NCBI GenBank assembly: GCA_035444565.1
Contig: DAOMOX010000003.1
Coordinates: 31,488 to 95,487, forward strand
Length of the DNA: 64,000 bases
From: Candidatus Dojkabacteria bacterium
GTDB taxonomy: Bacteria; Patescibacteriota; Dojkabacteria; B142; OLB20
Reading direction: 5' to 3'
The notes below the pieces were generated by a model. The model saw only the letters and a list, made by a program, of their open reading frames with translations. It did not search any database and was not told the DNA's origin. Numbering within the stretch: position 1 is the stretch's first letter; the number at the start of each line of letters is the position of its first letter. Positions 48,362-58,166 of this stretch are shown piece after piece. The translations under genes and the position numbers were made by a program.

Positions 48362-49954
48362 ATGGATATTTTTATCACTTTTGTCCTTACAATCCTCATC
48401 TTTGGGGTTTTGGTTTTTGTACATGAGTTCGGTCATTTTATTGTTGCCATCAAATCTGGAGTACATGTTGATGAATTTGCCTTCGGCTTTGGTCCAAAGC
48501 TGTTCTCAAAAAAGTGGAAAGGTGTTACATATCGAATTAATTCAATTCCCCTCGGTGGATACGTCAAGATGATGGGGGATATGGATGGTTCAAGTTTCAG
48601 AAGATACAGTTCTAAAGACACGGATTCTAAAGATAGAAAATTTGTAATGGACCTGTTATCAAAGAAGGGACTCGATAAGCCAAATAGTGACTATTCGAAA
48701 GTCATGAAATTCGTTAAAGCTCAAAAGTCCAAGCTTTCAGATGAAGATTATTTGAAGCTTGAGAATTATATGGTTTCAGAATTTATTCCGAATCATCCCA
48801 AAAATTTCGATAACAAAGGTTTTCTTCCACGATTCGCAATTCTTGTGGCTGGTGTTGTTATGAACTTCGTCCTAGGATCACTACTATTTTACGTAATGTT
48901 TTTCCTCACAGACTTCACGACAGATATGACAAAAGTAGGAGATCCTAAATTTATAGGTGCAGAAGTCTCGAATCCCCCTGTCATTTTTACTGTCTACAAA
49001 GAGGAGTATAAGGATTTAGAGGGTTCTTTACTGATAAGTGTTTCTAATCAGAAGTTACTTAATCAGAGTGATTTTGAGCGACTACTTACTCAGAATTACA
49101 ATAAAAAAGTAAATGTTGAAATTCAGAATTCTGAGGGTATCTTTGTAAGGGAAATGATACTTACAGGTGATGGTCTTTATACGAACTTCGATAGTGAAGT
49201 ACGTGATAAAGTTCTATTGATCAATGTTTCTGAGGATTCATCTGCTGAAAAAGCAGGTTTAGTTGCCGGTGATATACTTTTGACATTTGATGGAATTGAC
49301 CTAAAAGATTCTGATCATCTTCGTGATTTATTAAATGAATATAGGGGAGAAGAGGTTACAGTTCAATATGTAAATATTCAGGGAGAGTTTAAAAACACGC
49401 AATTAAATTTACCCAATCCTAAGGATGACGAGCCAATACTTGGTGCGATTCCTGTAAATAATAGCGCCTATTATGAGGATGCAATTCGATTAGACTACTC
49501 AAATAACAAGTTGTTTAGTGGAGTATTACATGCTACTAACCTCGTTACATACAACGTCACTGCAATGTCTAGTTTTATTGGTGAGGCCATTCAAGAAAAG
49601 AGTGTCCAGCCAGTTTTTTCAAAGGTAAATAGTATCGTTGCAATAGTAGATGTAACTCACTATTTTGTTAAGGTAGATAGTTTTATTAATATTCTAAACT
49701 TAGTTGCAATGTTAAGTGTCATCTTGGCATTTATGAATATACTACCCATACCATTATTTGATGGAGGTCATATACTTTTCTTGTTTATTGAAAAGATACG
49801 TGGTAGAAAGATTTCGATGGAAATGCAAAATAAAATCGGTCAGGTAGTATTTGTATTATTGATTTTATTAACAATAGCAATAGTTTTGAAAGACATACTT
49901 CAATTCGAATGGCCAAAAAGAATAGTAGGTACAGTTTCGGGTATTATAAAATAA
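48362..49954 (+). CDS. rseP: RseP-like M50 intramembrane protease with PDZ domains
   Basis: [26 protein letters not shown]. Confidence 0.92.
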   Translation: MDIFITFVLTILIFGVLVFVHEFGHFIVAIKSGVHVDEFAFGFGPKLFSKKWKGVTYRINSIPLGGYVKMMGDMDGSSFRRYSSKDTDSKDRKFVMDLLSKKGLDKPNSDYSKVMKFVKAQKSKLSDEDYLKLENYMVSEFIPNHPKNFDNKGFLPRFAILVAGVVMNFVLGSLLFYVMFFLTDFTTDMTKVGDPKFIGAEVSNPPVIFTVYKEEYKDLEGSLLISVSNQKLLNQSDFERLLTQNYNKKVNVEIQNSEGIFVREMILTGDGLYTNFDSEVRDKVLLINVSEDSSAEKAGLVAGDILLTFDGIDLKDSDHLRDLLNEYRGEEVTVQYVNIQGEFKNTQLNLPNPKDDEPILGAIPVNNSAYYEDAIRLDYSNNKLFSGVLHATNLVTYNVTAMSSFIGEAIQEKSVQPVFSKVNSIVAIVDVTHYFVKVDSFINILNLVAMLSVILAFMNILPIPLFDGGHILFLFIEKIRGRKISMEMQNKIGQVVFVLLILLTIAIVLKDILQFEWPKRIVGTVSGIIK

Positions 49955-50004
49955 ATTTATCTGATATAATCAAAACTCAACAATTTATTTAGGAGGTAAT
50001 AACA

Positions 50005-50223
50005 ATGTCAGTAATCGTTCATGATCAAATGTCTGTTGAACAGGCGTTAAAAATGCTCTGGAGAGAAGCCAATAGGGAGAATATTCCTAATGAAATCCTC
50101 AAAAATCGCTATAGAATCAAACCTACTAGTGAAGTACATGAGAAAAACAAAGTCTGGGCTAAAATGAAGCGCAGAAGACGTGCTGCAAAGCGACGCATGG
50201 CCAAAAAAGGCAAAATCGCCTAA
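50005..50223 (+). CDS. rpsU: Probable 30S ribosomal protein S21 (divergent)
   Basis: 72 aa, basic; V.V....SVEQALK...RY..KPT pattern; AGGAGG upstream. Confidence 0.7.
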   Translation: MSVIVHDQMSVEQALKMLWREANRENIPNEILKNRYRIKPTSEVHEKNKVWAKMKRRRRAAKRRMAKKGKIA

Positions 50224-50271
50224 TCTCATTCACGTTTTTACAAAGTATCGTAATTATCTTTAGGGTCTTTC

Positions 50272-51828
50272 ATGCCTCAAGTACTATATAGAAAATACAG
50301 ATCAAAAGACTTTTCTGAGATTTACGGTCAAGACCGTATAAAGAAGGTTCTTATTCAGGCCCTCAAAGATAATCGCGTAGCTCATGCATATTTATTCACT
50401 GGACCCCGCGGTACAGGGAAGACTACAACTGCAAGAGTTCTAGCAAAGGCCCTGAATTGCACGAATCGTAAAGACTCCAACCCATGTAATAAATGCAACA
50501 ACTGTATTGCTATCAATAATTCCAGTTTTATGGATCTTATTGAAATAGACGCTGCCTCAAACAGAGGTATTGATGAGATACGTGAACTGAAAGAAAAAGT
50601 CGGGTTTTTGCCCGTACAAGGTACCTACAAGGTCTATATTATAGATGAGGTACACATGCTTACAAGTGAAGCGTTTAATGCCTTGCTTAAGACACTAGAG
50701 GAACCACCTCCGAATGTTGTCTTTATTCTTGCAACTACAGAAGTCCATAAATTACCACAAACGATAATTTCCAGAACTCAAAGATTTGATTTCAAATTGG
50801 CTACTAAGCAGCAATTAACAGAAAAGCTTACGCATATATTAAAAAAAGAAGGCGTTAAATTCGAGAAAGAAGCAATAGATATGGTAATTTCTTCCTCTGG
50901 GGGTAGCTTCAGAGATTCTGAGACAATCCTAGAAAAGGTTTTGTCCTCCACAGGTTTCGAAAAAGATAAAAAAATTGATATTGAGGATGTCACAACAGTC
51001 TTGGGTTTTGCGGACATGAAATTGGTCAATGATTTAATTGAATACACATATCATGGTGATGTAAATAAAGCGTTCGAAATAATTGCAACTTCTCTAAATG
51101 AAGGTGTTGATACTAATCAATTTGTTAAGCAGCTATTGTTACAGGCGAGGAATGAGTTAACCAAAACTATATCAGGAGGTCCTGCAAAGTACTCCAATAG
51201 ATTCTTATTCACCTTTATAAAGAACGTATCCGAGACTCTCGATAAAATGAGACTGAGTATCTTACCCTCTTTGACTTTAGAGATGGCAATTCTAAATATA
51301 GTAGAGATATCGGGAAACAATACCAGTTTCTTTACAGAGAAGATCTCTACTGGTTCCTCCACAAAAGTTAAGGTTGAAAATAATGAAAAAAACTCAAAAA
51401 TTTCTAACGAGACTAAAATAGAGAAGGATACAAAAGATGATAATGAAATAATTGAAAAGATTGAGGTGGCAACGAGTTCTGAATCGCTAAGTTCGGATAA
51501 AATCTTCTCGCAGTGGGGTAAGCTCGTTACGAAGGCGAAAGACAATAACCCGCATTTAGCTGCTCTCTTGGTGAATGTTGTGGTAAAAGAAGTTGATGGT
51601 GATATCATTAGGGTTGAGGTTCCATTTGGTTTTCATCAGAAACAGCTTGAAAATAACAGGGTTCGGAATGTGTTATCAGGTATGATGATAGAAGTTTTTG
51701 GATCAAATTTAAACATGGAGATAGTCGTAAACAAAAGTTTGGCAACCAAGAAGGATGAACAACCTGAGAAAGGTGATTCAAATGTAGATATGGTAGAAGA
51801 AGTCTTTAGTGATCCGGAGGATCTGTAA
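50272..51828 (+). CDS. dnaX: DNA polymerase III gamma/tau
   Basis: LYRKYR, GPRGTGKT, EIDAASNRG, IIDEVHML. Confidence 0.97.
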   Translation: MPQVLYRKYRSKDFSEIYGQDRIKKVLIQALKDNRVAHAYLFTGPRGTGKTTTARVLAKALNCTNRKDSNPCNKCNNCIAINNSSFMDLIEIDAASNRGIDEIRELKEKVGFLPVQGTYKVYIIDEVHMLTSEAFNALLKTLEEPPPNVVFILATTEVHKLPQTIISRTQRFDFKLATKQQLTEKLTHILKKEGVKFEKEAIDMVISSSGGSFRDSETILEKVLSSTGFEKDKKIDIEDVTTVLGFADMKLVNDLIEYTYHGDVNKAFEIIATSLNEGVDTNQFVKQLLLQARNELTKTISGGPAKYSNRFLFTFIKNVSETLDKMRLSILPSLTLEMAILNIVEISGNNTSFFTEKISTGSSTKVKVENNEKNSKISNETKIEKDTKDDNEIIEKIEVATSSESLSSDKIFSQWGKLVTKAKDNNPHLAALLVNVVVKEVDGDIIRVEVPFGFHQKQLENNRVRNVLSGMMIEVFGSNLNMEIVVNKSLATKKDEQPEKGDSNVDMVEEVFSDPEDL

Positions 51829-51868
51829 GTATTTTGTGATATTATGATTTATTAAATTAATTTTTATT

Positions 51869-52174
51869 TTGAATAATATGTTTGGAAAAGCAAAAGATTT
51901 ATATGCAATGCAAAAAGAGGCTAGGGCAATGCAAAAACAGATGAAACAGCTAAGAGTTGAAGGTAGGAGTGAAGATGAATTGGTTATTATTTCAATGAAT
52001 GGGGTGCAAGAAATTGAGAACATCGAAATACACAACGAATTGATGGATCTGAATGAAAAAAATCAACTTGTTAAATCACTCAAGCAGGCTTGGAAGGATG
52101 CGCAGAAAAACTTGCAGAAAGAAATGATGAAAGATTTTGATATGGATAAACTAAAAGGCATGCTTGGAGGCTAA
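51869..52174 (+). CDS. ybaB: YbaB/EbfC nucleoid-associated protein
   Basis: Size, sequence pattern and dnaX-ybaB-recR synteny. Confidence 0.88.
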   Translation: MNNMFGKAKDLYAMQKEARAMQKQMKQLRVEGRSEDELVIISMNGVQEIENIEIHNELMDLNEKNQLVKSLKQAWKDAQKNLQKEMMKDFDMDKLKGMLGG

Positions 52175-52175
52175 A

Positions 52176-52784
52176 ATGTACCTCCCAAGAGATATTGAAA
52201 AGGTAATTAATCATTTTTCAAATTTGCCAGGTATTGGTCCGAAGTCTGCGTCTAGACTGGCTTTGGCATTCTTGCGTATTGATAAATTAATTGTAGAAGA
52301 CTTCGCCCATTCCTTGATTAATCTTAAAAATAATGTAACTTTCTGTAACAAGTGTTACAACCTTAGTGATGACAAACTTTGTGGGATTTGTATTGACGAA
52401 GAAAGAAGCGAGAATCAAATAATGGTTGTGGAAGATGTTCTTGATTTGGTGGCCTTTGAGAGAACTGGTCAATATACAGGTAAATATCACGTTCTAGGTG
52501 GCTTATTGTCACCAATGCAAGGAGTGGGACCCGAAGATTTGACAATAGATAAATTGCTAAAAAGGATTAAAATCATACCTGGACAGATTGAGTTGATCCT
52601 TGCTACGAGTCCAAGTCTAGAAGGGGAGGCGACCGCTATGTTTATAACAGAGCAGTTGCATGATATTCCCGAAATAAAAATCACAAGGATTGCCCGAGGT
52701 GTTCCTACCGGAGCAGATTTGGATTACACAGATAAACTCACATTGCTCAGGGCACTAGAGAACCGCACAAAAATGCCCCAATAA
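52176..52784 (+). CDS. recR: Recombination mediator RecR (ATG 52176 preferred)
   Basis: LPGIGPKSA.RLA, C4 zinc finger, YHVLGG, EGEATA. Confidence 0.96.
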   Translation: MYLPRDIEKVINHFSNLPGIGPKSASRLALAFLRIDKLIVEDFAHSLINLKNNVTFCNKCYNLSDDKLCGICIDEERSENQIMVVEDVLDLVAFERTGQYTGKYHVLGGLLSPMQGVGPEDLTIDKLLKRIKIIPGQIELILATSPSLEGEATAMFITEQLHDIPEIKITRIARGVPTGADLDYTDKLTLLRALENRTKMPQ

Positions 52785-52969
52785 TCCCGCATCTTCTGTT
52801 AGATATAGTTATTCGCAGCATTTTGAGTGTTAGTAGGTGATATGTTAATCGGTTCTTACAAAACAAAAACTATTGTTTCACGAAATATATGTAACATTTG
52901 TGTACAAAAAGTTATTAATTTGGGAAAATTGTTTGTTTAATTTGGTTGATAAATGGTTAAATTACATAT

Positions 52970-54427
52970 ATGGAAATCGCAGAAATAAGAAAAAATTTAC
53001 CAGAATACGTATTAAATACATCAGATGTTTTGGTTAATCATGGTTATAAAGCTTTTTTAGTCGGTGGTGCAGTGAAAGATATGTTACTGGGAGTTGAGCC
53101 GAAAGATTATGATATTGCAACAAATGCACTCCCAGAACAAATTTCAGAGATATTTCCACATTCAGTATCTACAAATGCTAGGTTCGGGACGATTTTGGTA
53201 ATCAATAGCGACAGAAAAGGTGAACGTTACGATGTCGAAGTTACTACTTTTAGAAGTGAAGAAGACTATTTTGGAGGTAGATGGCCTTCAAAAGTAGAGT
53301 TCGCCAATGATATTACTACAGATTTATCCAGGCGTGATTTCACTATAAATGCAATGGCAATTGATCTCGATAATTTAAATGATCAAGGTAGTACTCATCA
53401 TGAAATAATTGTAGATCCATTTGGTGGCCAAAAGGACCTAGATGCCAAAACTATTAGAGCTGTGGGAGATCCTATGGAACGATTCGGTGAGGATGGTCTA
53501 AGGGCATACAGGGCTTGTAGATTAGCTGCCATACTTGGCTTCACTATAGAGGAAAGCACTTTCGAAGCAATAAAGGCAACTTTGAACATTTCAAAGATGG
53601 TTTCAATGGAAAGAGTTCGAGACGAGCTATTAAAGTTATTAAAGTATGCACCAAAACCATCAGTAGGTATCGAATTGTTTCGGACTAGTGGACTTTTAGA
53701 ATTGTTTTTACCTGAGTTACTGGAGTGTATAAATATTGAACAACCAGAATGGCATCACGATGATGTTTATACACATAGTTTAAAGACTTTAGATTTAGCA
53801 GAAGATTCAATTAAGATGCCTGCTTTATTACATGATATTGGTAAGGCTAGAACAAAGTCAGAAGATGAGAGTGGGATACATTTCTACAGTCACGATATAG
53901 TCGGTGCTGAGATGGTAAAAGTGATTATGGAGCGACTAAAATTCTCGAATTCAGAAATCAAAAAAGTATCGACACTTGTAAGATGGCATATGTTTTATTA
54001 TCCCTCTGCAGAGTGGAGGAAAGAAAATACACTTGAAATAATTACAGATCAGAAATCAAGTTCTTCTGGTGGATGGAGTGATTCGGCTATTCGTAGATTC
54101 ATTGCAAATGTAGGGGAAGAGTTTATAGATGACTTGTTTAAACTCAGAATTGCTGATGCAAATGCAAACCCCAAATCAGAATTCGATCCTATTGAAATAA
54201 AAGCCCTACAAGATCGAATATCAGAAGTACGCTCTAAAGACATGGCGCTAAAAATTACTGATTTAAATATTACAGGGGAAGACTTGTTTGAAGCTGGAAT
54301 CGAAAAAGGTCCCATGATGGGTGAGGTATTAAAACACTTATTAGAAAAAGTCATAGAAGATCCAATGCTGAATGATAAAGAAAAATTGCTTTCATTATCC
54401 AAGGATTATTTGAGTAGTAAGGCTTAA
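52970..54427 (+). CDS. cca: CCA tRNA nucleotidyltransferase with HD domain
   Basis: VGGAVKD..D.DIAT, EVTTFR, DLSRRDFTINAMA, LLHDIGK. Confidence 0.92.
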   Translation: MEIAEIRKNLPEYVLNTSDVLVNHGYKAFLVGGAVKDMLLGVEPKDYDIATNALPEQISEIFPHSVSTNARFGTILVINSDRKGERYDVEVTTFRSEEDYFGGRWPSKVEFANDITTDLSRRDFTINAMAIDLDNLNDQGSTHHEIIVDPFGGQKDLDAKTIRAVGDPMERFGEDGLRAYRACRLAAILGFTIEESTFEAIKATLNISKMVSMERVRDELLKLLKYAPKPSVGIELFRTSGLLELFLPELLECINIEQPEWHHDDVYTHSLKTLDLAEDSIKMPALLHDIGKARTKSEDESGIHFYSHDIVGAEMVKVIMERLKFSNSEIKKVSTLVRWHMFYYPSAEWRKENTLEIITDQKSSSSGGWSDSAIRRFIANVGEEFIDDLFKLRIADANANPKSEFDPIEIKALQDRISEVRSKDMALKITDLNITGEDLFEAGIEKGPMMGEVLKHLLEKVIEDPMLNDKEKLLSLSKDYLSSKA

Positions 54428-54468
54428 ATTTCCACAAACGATATATGTTTATTTATTAAAAATTTATT

Positions 54469-55851
54469 ATGTTAAATATTACATTTCTAGGAGCGACTGA
54501 AACAGTAACTGGATCATGTTATCTTGTTCAATATGGTAAAACAAAATTTCTAATTGACTGTGGACTATTTCAAGGAGAAGACGTATATAAGAGGAATTTT
54601 GATAATTTTGAGTTTAACCCGAGTGAAATTGATTTCGTTGTTCTAACCCATGCGCACATGGATCATTCAGGTTTATTACCAAAATTATTCCGTAAAGGTT
54701 TTACTGGTAAAATTTATACAACACCACCCACAACACAATTAGTCGAGATCCTGTTATTAGATGCAGCAAAAATCCAGGAGTCAAACTTCTCCAGGGGAGA
54801 TCACGATAGTAATGTTGATATCATTTACACAACATTTGACTCACTGAATGCAATCGCAAATCTAGTTAGTGTGGATTTTGATGAAGAAATTAATGTCTCG
54901 CAAGATATAAAGTTTACTTTCAGAAAAGCTGGTCATATTTTAGGTGCAGCAAGTGTATTTCTGACTATTGGTGGAAAAAGGATTGTTTTCTCGGGTGATT
55001 TAGGAAGAGTAGATGAGGCTATTATTGAAAGTTTTATCAACATTCAGGACAATCAGTTCAATGCAGATTATGTAATTATGGAATCACTTTATGGTGGAGT
55101 AGTTCATCAAACCAGGCCTGATGCAACAAAGGAGTTGATAAATCTTATCAATGAAACGATTGGGAGAGGGGGAAATGTTGTTATTCCAAGTTTCGCTGTT
55201 CATAAAACCCAAGAAATTTTAGAAATCTTGAAGGTTGCATTTGCGAAAAACTTGATTGACCAAGAGGTTCAAGTAATATTGGACAGTCCTCTTGCTATCA
55301 AGGCTACTGGAATCTATTCGAATAATACTACATTTTTTGATCCTGTAAAATATAATCTGACAGATGCTCAAATTGTCCGAAATATTTTTAACTTTCCGAA
55401 TTTGAAAATTACTAGAACTCACAAACAGTCGTTAAAGTCATCAAATAAAATCAAATCCATATTTATCGCGGGAAGTGGCATGGCTGAAGGGGGTAGGGTA
55501 ATTCGACATTTGATAAACAATTTACCTCACAAAAATAACATGGTTATTTTCGTCGGATACCAGGCAGAAGGAACAAAAGGTCGAGAAATACTAGAAGGTC
55601 AGCAAGAAATTAAATTAGATAGAAAGCGCGTTAAAATAAATGCTGATATCAAACGTATAGAAGGATTTTCCTCTCATGGAGATCATCAGGACCTTTTAGA
55701 GTGGTTGAAAAATTTCAATCAGACGAGCTTGAAAAAGGTATTTTTGACTCATGCCGACCCTGATAGAAGTGAGGCTTTTAAGACTGCGCTTGATGAAAAA
55801 GGCATCAACTCCTATATACCAAAATGGAAAGAGGTAGTAGAATTAGATTAA
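54469..55851 (+). CDS. MBL-fold beta-CASP ribonuclease
   Basis: THAHMDHSG, AGHILGA, GSGM..GGR, FSSHGD. Confidence 0.9.
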   Translation: MLNITFLGATETVTGSCYLVQYGKTKFLIDCGLFQGEDVYKRNFDNFEFNPSEIDFVVLTHAHMDHSGLLPKLFRKGFTGKIYTTPPTTQLVEILLLDAAKIQESNFSRGDHDSNVDIIYTTFDSLNAIANLVSVDFDEEINVSQDIKFTFRKAGHILGAASVFLTIGGKRIVFSGDLGRVDEAIIESFINIQDNQFNADYVIMESLYGGVVHQTRPDATKELINLINETIGRGGNVVIPSFAVHKTQEILEILKVAFAKNLIDQEVQVILDSPLAIKATGIYSNNTTFFDPVKYNLTDAQIVRNIFNFPNLKITRTHKQSLKSSNKIKSIFIAGSGMAEGGRVIRHLINNLPHKNNMVIFVGYQAEGTKGREILEGQQEIKLDRKRVKINADIKRIEGFSSHGDHQDLLEWLKNFNQTSLKKVFLTHADPDRSEAFKTALDEKGINSYIPKWKEVVELD

Positions 55852-55864
55852 TTATCATAAAAAC

Positions 55865-56962
55865 ATGAATTTATCACTTGGAATTGTTGGGTTGCCTAAT
55901 GTCGGTAAATCTACATTATTCAATGCCCTGACAAATCAAAAGGTACCAGCGGAAAATTATCCGTTTTGTACTATTGATCCTAACGTAGGAGTCGTAGCAG
56001 TTTCTGATTCTAGGTTTGATAGTTTAGTTAGCACTGCAAATCCTGAGAAAATATCACCTGCGATTATCGAATTTGTCGATATTGCTGGAATTGTAAAGGG
56101 TGCGCACGAAGGAGAGGGTCTTGGAAATGCTTTCTTAGCTAATATCCGAAATGTAAATGCCGTAATCATGGTGATAAGGGTTTTTGCTGATAAAAAAGTA
56201 ACTCATGTTCATGATGATATTAATCCTAAATTCGACAAGGAAGTCATAGAATCAGAGCTTATTCTCAAAGATCTGGATACAGTAGATGCTCGACTATCAA
56301 AGATGGAGAAAGAGGCTAGGTCTGATAGCACGAAGGCAAAATATCTAGAAGAACTCAAAAAGATTAAATCAGATCTTGAGAAAGGTCTACTAGCAAATAC
56401 CCACAAAGTTGACGAAAAAAATAAAGATATTGTTGCGATGAGAAAAGAGCTATGCCTATTAACGGATAAACCATTTATCTATCTAGTAAATGGTGATTGG
56501 ATAAATATTGATGTATCCTTAGCGACCAAACTCAGGAAGGAGCTCGACATAAATGAAGAGCACCCTTTATTACCAATTAATATCTCTCTTGAATACGAAT
56601 TGACCACCATGGGAGTAGAGGAAAGAGAAGAACTTATGAAAGATATGGGTATGAACTTTAGAGGTTTGGAAGAACTTACAAGAATTGGATACAGATTGTT
56701 AGATTTGATTTCTTTTTTTACTGTTGGACCAGAGGAAGTTAAGGCCTGGACAATTAGAAGGGGATCATCAGCACCACAAGCAGGAGGAGCAATTCATACT
56801 GACTTTGAAAAGAAGTTTATAAGTGCTGAGGTTGCGAAAGTAGATGACTACCTAGATAATCCAAACTGGCATTTATTGAAAGAAGAAGGTAAGGTCAAAC
56901 TAGAGGGAAAGGACTATATAGTTCAAGATGGAGATGTAATGATATTTAGACATGGTGCGTAG
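55865..56962 (+). CDS. ychF: ATPase YchF
   Basis: GLPNVGKST, NYPFCTIDPN, DIAG, TGS domain. Confidence 0.97.
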   Translation: MNLSLGIVGLPNVGKSTLFNALTNQKVPAENYPFCTIDPNVGVVAVSDSRFDSLVSTANPEKISPAIIEFVDIAGIVKGAHEGEGLGNAFLANIRNVNAVIMVIRVFADKKVTHVHDDINPKFDKEVIESELILKDLDTVDARLSKMEKEARSDSTKAKYLEELKKIKSDLEKGLLANTHKVDEKNKDIVAMRKELCLLTDKPFIYLVNGDWINIDVSLATKLRKELDINEEHPLLPINISLEYELTTMGVEEREELMKDMGMNFRGLEELTRIGYRLLDLISFFTVGPEEVKAWTIRRGSSAPQAGGAIHTDFEKKFISAEVAKVDDYLDNPNWHLLKEEGKVKLEGKDYIVQDGDVMIFRHGA

Positions 56963-57069
56963 TAAAAACGCGCAGGTTATTCTATTTTTTGAAAAATTAT
57001 GCTAATATCATCTCTATCGCTAATAGCGAGTTTTAGTTGTATTGTTTTAATTGTTTAGTGAGAAAATAT

Positions 57070-57351
57070 ATGAAATACGAATTGATGCTTATCCTGAAAC
57101 CGATGCTAACCGAAGATATTCGAGCAAACGTTTTAAAGAAAATCGATGAATATGTTACAAAGGCAGGAGGAAAGATTACCAAGGAAGATATATGGGGTAA
57201 ACGTCATCTAGCCTATATTATCGAAGGTAACGAAGAAGGCTATTATGTTGTTTATAACCTGGAGCTAGACAAATCTAAAGTAACCGAACTCCAAAACAAA
57301 CTCAAATTTATGAATGATATTTTAAGATTTCTTCTTGTTTTAGAAGACTAA
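57070..57351 (+). CDS. rpsF: 30S ribosomal protein S6 (ATG 57070)
   Basis: KYELMLIL.P, WGKRHLAY.I, ILRFL. Confidence 0.96.
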   Translation: MKYELMLILKPMLTEDIRANVLKKIDEYVTKAGGKITKEDIWGKRHLAYIIEGNEEGYYVVYNLELDKSKVTELQNKLKFMNDILRFLLVLED

Positions 57352-57381
57352 TTAACTTTTTTTATTTATTAACGTATAAGA

Positions 57382-57894
57382 ATGTCAACCTCTAGATCAG
57401 TAAATAAAGTAATACTAATTGGAAACCTTACTAGGAATCCTGTTTTAAGAACAATCGGCAACGGTTCAGTTGTATGTAATTTCGGAATCGCAACTAACGC
57501 AACATGGAAAGATGGTGGTAGCAATGTACAAGAGAGAACAGAATTCCATAATTTAGTAGCATGGAATAAACTAGCAGAAATTTGTGCTCAGATATTAGCT
57601 GTTGGAATGTTAATTTATGTTGAAGGTGAGCTTCGAACAAGAACTTGGGATGATGCAAACGGTGTCAGACACTACAAGACAGAAATCAAAATTAATGATA
57701 TGAAATTACTTGATGATAAAGGCAAAAAAGGTGTTGGACTTGATGAGGCAAAACTTGCAGGAGAAGAAGAAGGAGGAGAAGTTCCTGTAGAGAGTTTAGA
57801 AACAGAAGTCGAAGAAAAAGACTCTCCTGTAGAAGAAGTTAAACAACCAAAAGAAGACCTTGATAAGGTTGATGATGGTGAGGATTTATTTTAA
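57382..57894 (+). CDS. ssb: Single-stranded DNA-binding protein
   Basis: VNKVILIGNLTR, VEGELRTRTW, acidic tail ending EDLF. Confidence 0.96.
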   Translation: MSTSRSVNKVILIGNLTRNPVLRTIGNGSVVCNFGIATNATWKDGGSNVQERTEFHNLVAWNKLAEICAQILAVGMLIYVEGELRTRTWDDANGVRHYKTEIKINDMKLLDDKGKKGVGLDEAKLAGEEEGGEVPVESLETEVEEKDSPVEEVKQPKEDLDKVDDGEDLF

Positions 57895-57903
57895 TAAGTA
57901 AAA

Positions 57904-58146
57904 ATGGCTAAAAAGAATAACAAAAAAAAGATTAAGAAGCTCCCAAAACCTTCATGTCCTTTTGCAGGTGATAAAAGTAGAATCAATTATAAAGATGTCT
58001 ACAAATTAAAGAAATTTATCACTACTAGAGGCAGGATAATAAATCCAGAAAGAACTGGAGTATCACCATCCTGTCAAAGAAAGTTAGCAAGGGAGATAAA
58101 GAGAGCACGATTTATGGCGTTACTTCCATATAACGAGCTAACATAA
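57904..58146 (+). CDS. rpsR: 30S ribosomal protein S18
   Basis: INYKD..LKKF...GRI, QR.LA..IKRAR..ALLPY. Confidence 0.96.
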   Translation: MAKKNNKKKIKKLPKPSCPFAGDKSRINYKDVYKLKKFITTRGRIINPERTGVSPSCQRKLAREIKRARFMALLPYNELT

Positions 58147-58166
58147 ACTAAAATACATTCTGCCCA

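Noticed and set aside
52785-52969. Replication origin in an AT-rich intergenic region
   Set aside because: No clustered TTATCCACA boxes and no dnaA or dnaN nearby.
57010-57069. S6:S18 leader hairpin (TCGCTA-A-TAGCGA) before rpsF
   Set aside because: Loop too small and the conserved CC-containing motif is not evident.
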